Positions 31,805 to 47,700 of a stretch of 64,000 nt of DNA are shown one piece after another. The stretch is taken from NCBI RefSeq assembly GCF_009914755.1, contig NC_060932.1; one strand, written 5' to 3'. Below the pieces are notes generated by a model that did not search any database, was not told the DNA's origin, and saw only the letters and a list, made by a program, of their open reading frames with translations. The stretch is from the human T2T-CHM13v2.0 reference genome, Homo sapiens. Numbering within the stretch: position 1 is the first letter of the stretch; every line of letters begins with the position of its first letter. The position numbers were made by a program, and so were the translations under genes.

Positions 31805-33348
31805 TGGTCTGAACTACACTTTGAAAGAAGGTATATATTGTCCCTGGATTTTTACTAGCAATTTCTATATTCCTCAGTATCTTCCATTCACCTACATAAT
31901 GCACTCAACCAATATCTTAAAGAAGTCACATATTTATTCCTGCAGCAAAATTTTATACCAAACAAATAATATTTATAAAAATTAAAACATAATAAAGTTC
32001 TTCACAAGAATCCCAAATCTTTTTCTTCTATCACCTCACAGCACCTAAGAAAACTAGGAGCAGAGAGCAGGTTTTCAATGAGTATCCACTGTGTGTGTGT
32101 GCCTTGGGGAAAGTCTTAGACGACAACCAATTATTTCTTCAGTGTGTTGGATGAATCACAGAAATAGCAATTTAGTTCATTTTCAAGACATAAGCAGGAT
32201 AATTGGGTTTCAGATGAAGTGAGGATTAGTCCTTACAATTAGGGAACGTATTTGCTAACCGCCTCTTGGATTTACAGTGGGTTGTACCGATGGCCAGCAA
32301 GTTTTTCTCTCTCCCCGACATGGGTCGCTGGTGGAGTGTGAAAGCAATGGACTCCTTGTTATGAAGCTTTACCCATGAATCTGCTTTTGGGTTTTCCAGC
32401 ATTTATTCTTCATGTACTTCTCCTTTTTTTTCCCCTCAAGTAAAAGCTTATTTTATTTCTCACATTTCTTCACCTGAAATTATAAGCATATTATTATTAT
32501 TTTATGAAGCATGTCAAAACAATACACTAATAGCATTGTAGTGTTTAAGGCTCTTTAGTATATAACCTATTTATAGGCAATAATAAGTAGCTTTGCTAGA
32601 ATAATGAGTAAATAAAGAAAAAATGAAGACACATGCTGGCAGTTTGCCATCTTTGTACATTTTCTATATTTGCAAGCTAGTTCATGGGCAATTCTTTGAA
32701 TTAAGAAATTGTCCTTACATCTAGTAGCTGATTGTCCATATGGCTTTTAATAAGATGATATGAAGGAGTGATGATTATATGTGGACACATCCTTTTTTCT
32801 CCCAGGAATTTTTTACTGGATTTATATGGAGAAACATGGCATTGTGTTAAATTAATATAGTTAAAAGCTGAACTGGATGTGGTGATGACCTTTCCTCCTT
32901 CTCTTTCCAAAAGTTCCCAGCTGTGGACTTTGAGTGGGAGTAACATTATTCTCTGCTGTAAGGGTGAGCCTTGGCTTAGTCCAATGGCTGTGTTTCTTCT
33001 GTCTGAAATTTGTCATGGATGAACATACATTGCAATTTGGGCCAATAAGACAGATGTTTACTAGGGACTCTGGAAAATTCATTCTTTGGAGGCTGTCAGA
33101 AGAGAGATAATTTCTTTCTCTGGATAGTGTGCTATGGGATTTGAGGTTGAAGCTGCTGCAGCTATGTTGCTGGCCAGAGGGGGTCATCCTGGAGATGATG
33201 ATCCCACGCAGAGGAAGCCGATGCTGAGAGACTTTGGGGGAAAGAAAGGCTGATCGTAATGACCCGGGAAGCTCTGGATTCAGTCTCTCCTGAGTTAGAT
33301 CTGCTATTCTTTAGTTATGTTAATCAATATATTACCAGTGTTGCTTAA

Positions 33349-33681
<333 letters not shown>

Positions 33682-35307
33682 TAACTTTATTCAAATTTTC
33701 AAAAGTAATTTAACCAAGATGCTCTATGGAGTTCCTCACCTGCCTCTTAAATGAGTTTGAGATTCAATTTTTCAATCAGAGTTTATTGACCACATACTAT
33801 GTAAGTAGCCATCACCCTTTCTTCCAAAAGAGCACTTCCATTTTTATGCAGCTAAATATATGAACTACTGATTTGGTCTAACCTCATCCTGATGATTACA
33901 GAATTGAGCCTAAAGGAGGCTAAGTGATTTGTTTGAGGTCTCCTGGTAAATTTCAGAGTTGAAATGAAACTCCTGGTTTCTTGATCCATGATTCAGTGGC
34001 CTTTTGTTAGATTCTACTGCCTTCTCACATTGATTGTCACTACTTTCGATAATAATTATGATATTATTATTTTTTTCCAGGCTTTAATATCCAAATCAGT
34101 TTGGTCTGCAAAAATTGAATCAGAAAGCTAACAAGAACTGACTTTCCTATGAAATTTCTAGCACTTCCTATTTTCAGACAAGCTAGAAATACCCCGTGAA
34201 CAGCCTTTCTCATGAGATTTGGCATCTGCCTCTTGCTATGATCAGAAATAAAAAGTGTAGAAGTTGGAGAAAATTAACTAGAAAAATACACCTGAAATGT
34301 CTTGGGTCTACATACACATGGGAATTTTCAAATATCAGACCCAGGTCCTAACACTGCTCAAACTCTGTTGATTTTTCCCTATAGACCAAAGGTTTGTCTG
34401 GACTTGTCGTGTTTTCACAGTGATCATTTTCCTATTTCGAAGCGCTATATGTTGTGATAATAATAATTTCAGAATTGAGATGAAAATTCTTTTTTTGCTT
34501 TTAACAATCAGATTCAGAAATGATTATTTACTGATCATCTCCTGTTAAGTTGTGACCTTTCTCCCAAAAGAAAACTACAGGGTCCACTTGGACATTGATC
34601 TTGGAAGTTTCTCTGTGTCCTGAATGGTAATAATGCAAGTGGCCCCTGATAGGATCCGAGAAGACAAATAAAGACATAAAATCAGCCCTTCAGAAATATA
34701 ATTTCCTTACTTACTGCTGCAGTAGGGACTGGAATGGATTTTAACTCCAATCCCAGGAGTGCAGTCGGGTTACTTAGTATCAGTGTTCATTATACTAAAC
34801 CACTTTGTGATCCACTATGTGCTTTGTTTCATTCCTGTGCCTTTCATTAGTTGTGTGTAACATAATTCTCTTTGATGCCATATTTGATTTTCATGTGTAA
34901 ATAAGCCCTGCCTAATCTATTTGTTTTCCTTTAGTGGCTGTGTTGCTTATTGGGGTGGAGGATTCACCCTCTACCTCATCTGTCCTTTGTCTGATGAGTG
35001 TACTCATCTGGGGCGGATCAGCATGGGAAATGTATCCTAATCTTAAAACTCACTCAAAATATGTTGTTTTTATTGTGATCAAGTAGTGAGGGTAGTCACT
35101 TCCATCTCTTATATTAGAGACTGTCCTTGGAGACTACAGTCCCAGGCTTTCAGAGAGCAATGCCCAAGTTGCTTATATAAATGGAATGTTGGAAAAATCA
35201 ACTGAACGAATAACTATAAATATTTTATTTGAAAAGAAAAGAGGAAGTATAAACTGAAGAATGGGGTATCCCATTTTAACAAAGAGAAAAAACATTTCTC
35301 TTTCTGC

Positions 35308-35555
35308 CGTGGAGTGCAGTGGTGCCACCTCGCCTCACTGCAACCTCCGCCTCTGGGGTTCAAGCGATTTTCCCACCTCAGCTTCTCAAGTAGCTAGGAT
35401 TACAGGTGTCCACCGTCACTCCCAGCTAATTTTTGTATTTTTAGTAGAAACGGGGTTTCACCATCTTGGCCAGGCTGGTCTCGAACTCCTGAACTCAAGT
35501 GATCCACCCATCTCTCAAAGTGCTGGGATTGCAGGCATGAGCCACCATGCCCGGT
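35308..35555 (-). mobile_element. AluS lacking its 3' tail
   Basis: GGAGTGCAGTGG...GAGCCACCATGCCCGG. Confidence 0.85.
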
Positions 35556-38500
35556 CTCTCTTTCTGCTTTCTAAACTTTCTAATATGTCATATGAATATT
35601 TTATATAGGAGATTCTGGATAGGCAGATATATAGGTAGACAGGTGGATAGATAGATAAATGGATATACACATATATGCGTGCATGTACTTAATTATGAGG
35701 TATTTTTAGTATGTAGATTACTCTGAAACATTCATTAAGTCAGGAAACAAATAGGAGATTTTTTAAAGCATTAAGGTAAAAAAGATCTGTAGAGAAATTT
35801 AAAAAATTATACAGACAAATATTTATTAAGTGAATCCTAATAACTTTGATTCTATCTCTTTTGGCCATCATCACGCTACAAGAAAGTTGTTACCCTGTTG
35901 TCTATAATAGTTAAATGATGGACAGGATGCAACAAGATACTGAGTCTTGTTCAGTTGAGTCTTTTCCAACAATGCACACTTGAATACATCCACTCTAGAT
36001 ATATTAGAGTTGTTCCTGATATAATTAAAAACAAACACTGCTCAAAGTTTCCTGATGGTCAAATCATGTCAGTCATCTCTTCTATGGTGTAGGCACCTGC
36101 AATGAACCCTCACAGTGTGATTTCAGTATAATGAGCTTAGTAGTGCGGCTGAGTGCTTTGTTTTAAAATCCTCAAAATACAAGTTTGGTTTGCTCATCAG
36201 TTTCATCTGACTGATTTACTTAGTTGGTAAGCACGATCAGAGCCAAATCCTGCCCTAAGAGTTTATGTGTCCTGTCACTGTGGACCAAGAGGGAGCAACA
36301 CTGTCCTGATACCCCAGGGGCTCTGGTTAGCAGCCAACTGTGTGGTGATTGACCCAGTGTTTCTGAGTGACGATCACTGTCCTCTTTCCCACATTCACCT
36401 TCTTTTACAAGTCTCTCTGTTCATGATTTCAACACTACTGGACACATAACCATCCCCAAGGATGGCTTGGCAAGGATCCTTTGGTATAACCAGGAAACAC
36501 CAGGGCTTCCAGCTTATCCTGCTTATCAACAGTGACATTTTCAGGATTCAAATGCAACACAAAATGGGTCTAGAGTGGACTTAACTCAGGCATCTGAAGC
36601 TCATCTCTATTGACTCCAGACTCTATTGATCCTAGAACCTCATGGCAGTGAAGACAGGTCTTGACCCTCCTCACTTCACCCTGGTCTCTGATTCTCTTCT
36701 TTCCTAATGAAGTATCTTTTATACTAAAACCTATGACCTATAGATAAAAAGCTGTAGACATCCCCATTTTCTTGATTCAGGGAAGCCATTTGACTTCGTC
36801 ACGTTCCAAAGATAAGAAACTGAATCCAATATTCAGAAGAACAAAGTCTGACTGACCTTAGTGCCTTTGACCTTGATGACACCCACAGTTTAAACAGCAC
36901 CAGACTCTGTGAATGAAGCATGTGCCAATATCATGTATAATCCACTTATTCAAAAACATACTTGTGTTGAATACATGATGTGACATTTGCTCTGTAACTA
37001 CCCCCTGGATGTTGGAATTCTCGGGGAGGCTGTACTGGGCGGGCAGTCCACACAATATTCACTATGTATCCACAGCATGCTTCAGCAAACCAAATTTCTC
37101 ATTTGAATCTGCCTTCTGAGAGTTATTTCATCAAAACCATATTTCTCCTTGCACTTGTTCCTATGTGAAGCAGACAGTTACACCTAACCTTTGTAAATTT
37201 AGAAAATAAAAATTGCATTTGAGTAGAAAAAGCATTTGGTAGGCTTTTCAGGCTATTTAACTTAATTATTTCCATTAATCCTCTGTATATTTCTAATGTA
37301 TTTACACATTTCCTTAAGAGTTTTACAGCATCTCAAATAATATCATTGCATTTTGGTGGATGTTTTACTAAATAATGTCTGTTTGTTATCACCTTAAACA
37401 ATTTGTCATGATTCAATTTAATTCAATTGAAATCAAATTCTCCTGAAATTGTTTATGTAAAAGATTATCAAATATTTTATCCATCCTGACAAGTGGTTTA
37501 TTATAGTTCTACAATTTATGGGTAACACACACTAGAGGCTTGGGGAAGCAGGGAAGCAGCAGGAACATTAAAACATTAAATACCTGTTATAATTCTGTCT
37601 GGGTGTTGAGTGTTTTTGCTTGTTTTGGTTAGGTTTGAGGATTTTTTTTTTTGAAAGTACAGTATAAGCTTGAGTATGACAGAAAAGAGAATTATCCCAG
37701 CATTGTACATTTTCATTTTTATGTTTTATCTTTTTATCAGAATGATTAAAACCAATTTCAATCTACATCTAATTTGCAAAGAAGAAAAGTTGAACTGCAA
37801 AGCCACTGGGTTTTTCAATATCTTCCAGTTTTAGACAAACAATAGGGAGTTTCCATTTCCGCTGCTTTCTGCATCTTCATATTTTCCGAGGCATGCATGA
37901 ATCACCTCCGTTTGTTATAATGCACTTTCTCAAGGAACTTTGGAACTTAATTAGGAAAAAGGAGCTCAGCAGCGGCTGGAGCAGGGCCCAGTTCTCTCCA
38001 GACTTCAAAGGGAGCTCCTGCTGGGAAGGTGATTCAGGAGTAGGAAAGAAGAGGTGAGCATGGGGTCTCTGGACCCTCTGGAGCTGCTCTCTCCACTACC
38101 TTTGAATGAACGAAGCCCTGGGAGCCAATCTAGAAGCAGATTAAGGATAGTGAGGATCAAGTGCTGTGGGACAGAATTTGCTCACATCAATACCAGAGAC
38201 ATTGATGTTAGAGCAATTCAGATTTTGATGGGCCCATTTTTCCCTCATCATCTTTTTACACCTTGAATATATCCCTTTAGGTGGACGGTTTTGGAAATTC
38301 TCTTCTCTCCATGTACTTATCTTCTTGTGAAATTAATTACACATAATTCACTAAATGTGCCATGCATGATTTCATGCACATGTCTCTACTCTGCTTCCCT
38401 GCTGAATTCCTGCTAATTCTTTAGGAGCCCTCATCACACATCATCTCCTCTGCAAAGCTGTCCCTGATTCCAGAGTTAATTATACACTACTTGAATTCTT

Positions 38501-38615
38501 GTTTTATGTTATATGTATCGCTAATATACTTTTCATGTTATATTATTGGTATGCATGTTTATTTGCCAAGGTAGAGCAAAAGCTTTTTGAAAGAGTGATC
38601 TACATCTTCTCCGCA

Positions 38616-38955
<340 letters not shown>

Positions 38956-39599
38956 TGAAATTGTGATTGGCTGGATCTTAAAGTCCAGCGTCATTTAAGG
39001 CACCGCTATGCTCACTCCCTGCAGCTGTCTACACTTAGAAAGTGTGCCCTCCGTGTTTGTTGCATTAATGAAGTAATTAATTTGAAAACTTTTGGCCACA
39101 CTCTTGATACTTGAGATCTGTGCTACATGTGTGATGATCAGTTTGCGGTCAACTAAGAGAGATGCTCGGCTCTAGGAATAATAGACCTTAACAGACAGAG
39201 CTACTGCATCTTCTCTGGTTTTCCAGAAAATCCCCCTGGAGTAGGCGCTGCATGAATATAAATAGCGGGGTCCACAAAACACCAATGCACCCTCCATATG
39301 TTCATTCACACAGAGACCCACAGGCTTGGAGGACATGTCACATGTTAGGCAGCTAGCAAGTAGCAAAGAAGGGACCAGTGCAGAGGGAACTTGACAAGAA
39401 TTGGTGGCAGTCGGGATTTCTGATGTGACATGAAGCCAATAAAGCTTTGATTACTACTTATTCCCTCTGTTCCTTATCACTAGGCACAATTTAGCCTTTC
39501 ATCTTTCTATATCTCCTTCTTTATTAAATAGAACTGGCAGAGGGCAACCTGGATCTCTTTGTTGTAAACCATAATGCCTTTACCTTTACCCTTTGTAGA

Positions 39600-40246
<647 letters not shown>

Positions 40247-41476
40247 ATGGAAAAAAAGTGTCTCTAAAAGTGGCTTGAAAGGTGGCCGCTGTCCAAAGAA
40301 GGCACATGGTGCACACTGCATGCCCTTCCCACCAGGCTGCCCATCCTCAGCCACTCTCCACTGCCAGCAAACCTGAGCTGGGGGGTCAGTCACCTGGCCA
40401 CCTGTGAGTGAGTATATTCCTGATCCAGTGTCTTCTCCCAATACATCCTTTATTCTGCCCTCCCAGGCATATGTGAACACCTGGAATAATGGAATCCAGT
40501 GTGCAGAAAAGCCCTGCCTTGTGCCATTCCTGCATCTGGAAGAGGAGCACCCAGGAGCAGGAGGGGATGCCCTTGTCTGTGGTTCCATGCTATCTAGTCC
40601 TGGGCTGGTTGTGCCATGCTATGCCCACTCCCTCTATTTGCCTCATTTGGTCATTTCTGCAAGTTCATCTCTTTATTAAAACACATCGTGTTCTTTCCAT
40701 TCCTCCTTCTATCCCTCTTCTGAATTCCCACTGATCTCTCACAGAAATCTTTCCTCTTTCTTGTCTTACTCCCTCTCCCCATCTCATGTGCATTTTATTT
40801 CTTAGCCCTTTACATCCCCAAAGCCCTAAAGTTAAAAATACTAGTGATATATCTGCATCAACAAAAAGGAAAACTATAAATTTTGAAGTAAAATCAGAAG
40901 AAAGAACCTGAACCATCAGCTTTTAATGCCCCTGAGAACAGGAGGCTGTCCACTCTGTCCCCCAGGTGAATGAATATCAGAAAGACTTTTTTTCAAATTT
41001 CCTCCTCCCAGAAAGAGAGGAAAATGTGTTTTTCTGATTAGTGACAATGGAAAAAGCCTCTTCCTGGTTCTGTCTCCTCCAGCCCCTTATCTAAGGGAAA
41101 CACCCTTGGGTAAGAGTTCAGTCTTCTCTACACATCCCCCTGCAGACAAGTCGTGCAAAGCCAGAGCCAGGGACCAAGATTAGGAAGTTTAGTGCAGATG
41201 GATGGAAGCCACACTACCCAATGCACCTTAAAAAAAACATTGAAGCTGATATTTTGACCTACAGATGTGTGAAACTTGTTTCTGGTTCTCAATTGATTTG
41301 GAACTCAGAAGACTAGAATGGGATGCTTGTAACTCTTACTTGCAAACCACAATAATTGAAATTGGAAAAAGCAATCCCATTGGCCTATCTGTAAATTTTC
41401 AAAATAAAATAATATGTGTTCCACCATTATAGAGAGCAGGCACCATATTTTTTTTTTATTAATTTGGGCAGGATTG

Positions 41477-41695
41477 TGCTGTCCATTATGGTAGCCACCA
41501 GCCACACATGGCTACTGAGCGTTTGAAATGCATGGCATGGATTAAGAGGTGCTGTAAAAGTCACATACACAACAGATTACAATAACTTGGTTAATAAAAA
41601 GTAAAATATCTCAGTAATTTTTATGTGGATTATATCCTTAACATAGCAATATTTTTGACATAAGGGCTCAAATAAAATGTATTATTGAAATTTTT
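41477..41695. mobile_element. MER33-like hAT-Charlie MITE fragment
   Basis: GCTGTCCATTATGGTAGCCACCAGCCACACATGGCTA..GTAAAATATCTCA. Confidence 0.6.
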
Positions 41696-41759
41696 AAAAA
41701 AGAAGTGGGAAGGTCTCCTTCAATATATTTACAAAACCCTCCTAGGTGTTTTTTCCTAA

Positions 41760-43320
41760 AAGTTGATGAATTTATTGGTGTAAAGTTGCTTATAATATGT
41801 CCCTATCATACACGTGTGTACTTTCAGCTCTATGCAACTTATCACATGTGCAGGCTCGTGTCTTCCCCACCAGTCCAGAGGCAGAACATTCTCACCATGA
41901 CAGGATCTTTTTGTAGCCATCTCCTCCATCCTTAACTCCTGGTAAGCACTAATTTCTTCGTCGTTTCTGTATTTTTATCACTTGAAGAATATTCTCTAAG
42001 GTTATACCACAGTATATAACTTTTTTTTCTTTTTTAGACAGAGTCTTGCTCTGTCACTAGGCTGGAGTGCAGTGGCGCAATCTCGGCTCAAAGCAACCTC
42101 CGACTACCTGTTCAAGTGATTCTCCTTCCTCAGCCTTCTGAGTAGCTGGGATTACAGGCACGTGCCACCACGCCCAGCTAAATTTTGTATTTTTGGTAGA
42201 GATGGAGTTTCACCATGTTGGCCAGAATGATCTTGATCTCCTGACCTCGTGATCTGCCCATGTCGGCCTCCCAAAGTGTTGGGATTACAGGTGTAAAAAC
42301 CACACCCGGCCCACAGTATGTAACTTTGAACTGCTGAGTAGTATTTCACAGTGTGAATGTACTGCAGTTTGCTTAACCATTCACCCATTGAAAGGTGTCT
42401 GGATTGTTCTGTGTTTTTTTTTTTAGGATAATTACGAATAAAACTGCCATGAACATTCCTTTTCATGAAAATGTAAATTTTCATTTCTCCAAGATAAATG
42501 CCCGAGGCTGCAATTGCTGAGCCCTATGGTCATTCCATGACATATTACCTTTTAAATTCTAGTGGAATTTGAAGTGACAGCCTCTCTTTCACACTGGATA
42601 TTGATAATTTTTGTTTTCTCTTTTTCTTGCTTTTAACTTTATTGATTTTATTAATCATTTCCAAGTACCAGTTTTTCCAATTTTAAAAAACGACAAATTT
42701 TAGAGTAGTTTTAGATTTACAGAAAACTAACAAAGATGGTACTGAGTCCCCATATACCTCTCATTGAGTTTCCCCATTCATGACATCTCACATTACTATG
42801 GCACATTTGTCACAACTTAGAAATCCACATTGGTACAATACTTTTAACTACCTCATAGGCTTCATTCACATTGCACTGCTTCATTCACTAATGTCAGCTC
42901 CAGGATCCCATCCAGGACACAACATGACATTCAGTCATCACATCTCCTTTGGCTCCTCTTGGCAGTGACAGTTTTTCAGATTTTCTTTATGTTCAGTGAC
43001 CTCGACAGCCTTAAGAAATACTGGTCAGGTGTTTTGCAGGATGTCTCTCAATTTATGTTTCTCTTTTGTTTTCCTTATGTTTAGACTGGGGTCATAAGTT
43101 TTGGGGAAGAAAACCACAGAAATGAAGTGTCCTCATTCCATGTTGACAGCGGCCATCCCTTTTGATGTTGATCTTGATCACCCCGCTAAGGGAATGTTTG
43201 CAATATTCTCCAAATAAAGTTATTCTTCCTCTTCCCACACTTTATTCTTTGGCAGCAAGCTGCTAAGCGCAGGCCACAATAAGAGGGGCCTGGTGGGAAG
43301 AATTAAGTTCCTTCTTCTGA
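41760..43320 (-). mobile_element. Old L1M (MB/MC-like) 3' fragments
   Basis: GCTGAGTAGTATTTCA..CATTCACCCATTGAAAGG; TTTTAGAGTAGTTTTAGATTTACAGAAAA. Confidence 0.6.
42019..42311 (-). mobile_element. AluSc-like
   Basis: Full dimer with TTGGCCAGAATG..GACCTCGTGATC and TSD ACAGTAT(A/G)TAACTTT. Confidence 0.9.
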
Positions 43321-43556
43321 AGGGCTCATTTACTTTTCCATTATCTTACTTTTCTCTCAAGTACCAGCTTCTAATAGAAATAAAACTCTCTTGATAAATC
43401 TTAATTTTTTAATAATAAGTGTCAGTATGGAAATGATATGTTTTCTGCTTTTCTATTGCAAATTTACGTTTCAGCGCTGTCAGGGTTAAACAGGTTTTAT
43501 TGGCTGTCTTGGGGATTTAATCACCATTTATCATTTGTTCCTATTGGAAAATGATG

Positions 43557-43630
43557 TCAATCTTTTGATTGACATCAAATCTAAACCTGTGTTCAATCTT
43601 TCAATTGACTTCAAATCTAAACCTGTGTTC
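43557..43630. repeat. 36-bp tandem duplication
   Basis: TCAATCTTT..ATTGAC.TCAAATCTAAACCTGTGT x2. Confidence 0.85.
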
Positions 43631-44537
43631 CCAGCATTTGAGATACTTCATTTTGGACCCTAACTTAGATTCTTTGTGGTTTTTTCCTTTACTTAGTTGA
43701 TATTGCTATGCCAATATGGAAATTAAAATTTTGGGACAACTCAACCCCCTCAATTCCTCTAATGACAATTGTTGGTACTTGTATCTCTTAGCACTAACCT
43801 GCTCCTTCTTCAACTAACTTTTAAACTTTAGTCTTTTAACATTGCCCTCACTTTTTCTGAACAGTCATTTTTGCTGATTTTTTGAGTAGCATTTCGGCAG
43901 TCTCTATGCTGTTCAAGCTTTAGCATTTCAAAAGCAACAATTATAGTTCTAACAATCCTCAGAAGAGCTGCAGAGTATTTGTCTGGGAAAGCTTTTTCTA
44001 GAATATTTATTAAATGTCTGTTAATATGCCAGACACTGTGTTAGGCTCTGGGCATGGAGTATACATGAGAGATTAGTGGACTATCATAAATCAGAAAGGT
44101 TTTATACAAAGTCGCCCTTTAATTCTCCACTCTGCTACCATAATGCATATTTCAAAACACAAAACCAGGCATGCCACTCTTTTATTTTAAATGCTTCAAG
44201 AGTCTCTGTAGTTTTGGGAGAAAAACATTACATCCTCTTAACTTATCCCATAGGAATTGTGGTATTGGGCAGTCTTTCAAACTCTCAAAGTCTTATTTGA
44301 CTCTCTCTCTCTCTCCTTCTTTAAATAGTAGTAGTAGATCTGTCTGGGTTTATTTCACAAACGTGTAATGAGGCTTTAGTAAGGCAATGTATTTGAAAAA
44401 CATAGGGCATAACATAATTTTATTTCCTCTTGGTTGTAAGCTTTTAATCTCATAGTTTAACATTACATTACAGAGCCATGTGTTATTCCCTTTATTAAAT
44501 GGATATCTGGAAAGTTAATTACAAAAACGGATTTTGC

Positions 44538-44745
44538 AGCCTGGGCAACATATTGAGACCTCATCTCTACAAAAAATTAAAAAACAAAAATAGCTGGGTG
44601 TGGTAGCACACACTTGTAGTACCATCTACTTGGGAAGCTGAAGTGGGAGAATCACATGAGCCCAGGAGGTTGAGGCTGCAGAGAACTATGATCATGCCAC
44701 TGCACTCTAGCTTGAATGATAGCTGAGACTCCATCTTAAAAATAC
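44538..44745 (+). mobile_element. 5'-truncated AluJ
   Basis: GAGCCCAGGAGGTTGAGGCTGCAG..ATGATCATGCCACTG (AluJ diagnostics). Confidence 0.8.
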
Positions 44746-44939
44746 ATAAATATTTTTGACTATTTCCTACCATCCTCCCTGATCCCCCTGATTTGACACA
44801 CAATTCTCTCAGCTAGATTCTTGTCTTCTTACTGGTCTTTCTGTTTTCACCCTTGCTTCCCTACCCTCAACAGAGCAGTCAGTGATCCTTTTAAAAAGCA
44901 TGCCAGATCACACTATTCAACTACTCACTGACTGCTCCT

Positions 44940-45541
44940 CAGAGCTGGCTACATAACTTGTGGGGCCCAGTGCAAACTAAAATGCAGGACCCCAGCCAGG
45001 GTCAGGGAAATAAATCCCCCTTCCCATTGACCTCCACCCCAACCCACAGTGGCTAAGCAATTTCTAAGAGAGTGTGGTCTTTACCTGGACATGATCAGCA
45101 CCTGGATCCCAGGTGGGTGACAGGCCCCAACTTAGTCTTTGGCTGAATGCACCTGGTGCTGCCAGCCCAGGGAGGAGAGAGTCACCCTTTCTCATCCTGA
45201 AATGTCATGGGGCACATGCTTGACTCTGACACCCACACTTCTATGCCCAAGCCCCCACTGGGGTGGTGGGCAATAGCACAGAGGGAGTAGCCAGGCAGGC
45301 TACTCCAGGAGGTAGTTAGTAAGCATCTGGAGTCCATCCTAGGAAGACAGGGAGCCAGGAGCATATGTGAGCTGAGGCTCCAGGTCCCTGGCACATGCTC
45401 TGTCATCCCATTGCACTTCACTTACAAAACACACATTCAAAGATAAAATGTTGGAGACATGAGAGCACTGAAGCATGAGGACATTCTGAGCATGGAGCCC
45501 TGTGTACCTGCTCTGGTTGCACACCCATGAAGCCAGCCCTG
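44940..45541 (-). mobile_element. MER45B/C-like hAT-Tip100 element within L2 debris
   Basis: CAGAGCTGGCTACATAACTTGTGGGGCCCAGTGCAAA...CCCATGAAGCCAGCCCTG termini. Confidence 0.75.
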
Positions 45542-46139
45542 GCTTATAGTTGTCCAATATCTTGTCATCTTGCACACATGAAAAGGAGAGTTTTTGTATT
45601 AGCATACAAGGTCCTACATAATCTGACCCCCAGACAATCGGTTTTTCTCTAACCCTATTTCTGACTCCTTAGCTACTCTTTTCATCCACTCCAGCTACAC
45701 TGTTCTCCTTACTAGTTCTCAAACACACCAGGAAAGCTACTGCCCCAGGGTGGTTGCATGTGCTGTTCTTTATTCCTGGAATGTTTTTTTCCAAGTAGCC
45801 ATAAGTCTTGTTTCATTTTCTTTACACCTTCACTTCATATCCTCCTTTGGCTATCCTTATTGTGAGTGGGGTACTCTCCTCCCTTCATTCAGATACCTAA
45901 TTCCTACCTCTAGGCCACCTTCAAGGCGGTCTTGCTCTGTTACCTGCCTACCTAGGGCCTTATAATTCTGATTTCCAATCCAAGATTCCACCTCACTTTG
46001 TGGTGACAAACATGGGGAAACAGGATAACTTCTCCATTCTGCAGAGAGCCTACACACTTCCCACTGAACTCTGAACTTATCCTAGTAGACGCCAACACAG
46101 AAGCCACACCAGAATATGCATTACTGCTAACATCTGACT

Positions 46140-46249
46140 GGGCCTCACTATGTTGCCTAGGCTAGTCTTAAACTCCTGGCCTCAGGCAATCCTCTTGCCT
46201 TGACCTCCCAAAGTTCTAGGATCATAGGTGTGAGCCACCACACCTGGCT
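46140..46249 (-). mobile_element. Alu monomer fragment
   Basis: CTCACTATGTTGCCTAGGCT..GAGCCACCACACCTGGC. Confidence 0.7.
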
Positions 46250-47700
46250 TCAAAAATGTAATTTGAAGGTAGAACCAAAAGTATTTTCTGGCAGATGAGA
46301 CAAGGGGTCTAAGAAAAAGATATAGTCAAGGATGACGACCCTATTTTGGCTTGAGAAACTTAAAGAACAAAATTGTCATTAAAGGAAATGAGGAAGAAGC
46401 AGCAGATTTTGAAGGGGGAAGATCTGGAGTTCAGTTTTGGATGTTTTAAATTTGAGATGCCTAGAGGCATCCAAGTAGAGATGTTGAGAAAGCAGTTGGG
46501 TGTATTCTGGGATCCAGGGGGTTTCCAGCCTGGGGAAATAAATACAGGAGTCACCAGCATATAGGTGTAATTTTAAACATGACATTTTATGAAAGTATCA
46601 AGGAGTGAGAATAGGTAGTGATATGGTTTGGCTGTGTCCCCACCCAAATCTCATCTTGAATTGTAGTTCCCATAATCCCCATGTGTCATTGGAGGGACCT
46701 GGTGGGAGGTAACTGAATCACAGGGGCAGTTACCTCCATGCTGTTTTTGTGATAGTGAGTGAGTTCCCATGAGATCTGATGGTTTTAAAAAAGGCTTTTC
46801 CCCTGCTTAACTCAGCACTTCTCCTTGCTGTCGCCATGTGAAGAAGGACATGTTTGCTTCTCCTTCTGTCATGATTGTAAGTTTTCTGAGGCCCCCCTAG
46901 CCCTGCAGAACTGTGAGTCAATTAAACCTCTTTCCTTTATAAGTTACCCAGTCTCAGGTATGTCCTTATAGCAGTGTGAGAATGGACTAATACACGTAGA
47001 GAAAGATATGAAGACTGAACCAGCTTAAAGGTAGGAGAAATGAGAAGAAATTAGCAAGGGACCCAGAATTAGCAAAGAAGTAGACTTCAAAACGGGAAAA
47101 CCCCAGAGTGTGTGATATAGTGAAAGCCAAGGGAAGAGCAGATTTCACTGAGAAGAGAAGGTTCTACCATGTCAAATGCCACTAGGGGGTCAGGGAAGGT
47201 GAGACTGAAATGTTCAGTAAGGTGGCAATAGGCTGCCAGCGACTTGGTAAGAACAGTTCCAGTGGAGCAATTGTTGGTTTATTTGAATGTGTTCAAGAGA
47301 GGATCGAAGAACAGGAATTGAAGAAAGCAAGTTTAGGCAACTTTAGAGAGCTTTGTTGCAAAAGGTTTCAGGGAAGTGCAGTGGTGACTAGAAAGGGAAT
47401 TGGAATCAAAAGTTTTGTTTTGCTTTGTTTTTTAACTAGTGGATACATAGGAGTGTGTTTGTACACTGATGTACAGGAGAGAGGGAACATTGATAATTGA
47501 AGCAATGAGTGTGGAATTGAGCTCTTGAGCAGTAAGAGGGGTGGGGGCTGGTGAACAGCAAGGGAGTTGGCCTTGTAGAGCAGGAGGCTGAGTGGTACAC
47601 GTGCTGGCAGGTGGGCAGAGAAGGTGCTGAACGCTTGTGTGGGTTCTGCTCTGGTCGCTTCATCTTTCTCAGTGAAATAGGAAGCAGAGTCATCAGGGGA
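46250..47700 (+). mobile_element. L2 fragments
   Basis: GGAGTTCAGTTTTGGATGTTTTAAATTTGAGATGCCTA and related L2 motifs. Confidence 0.55.
46619..46994 (+). mobile_element. THE1C/D MaLR solo LTR
   Basis: TGATATGGTTTGGCTGTGTCCCCACCCAAATCTC...GGACTAATACA with 5-bp TSD GGTAG/CGTAG. Confidence 0.9.

Noticed and set aside
47175-47196. CTCF-like motif CCACTAGGGGGTCAG (a similar one lies at ~50309)
   Set aside because: Core spacing is off by one base, and the 47175 site lies in L2 debris.
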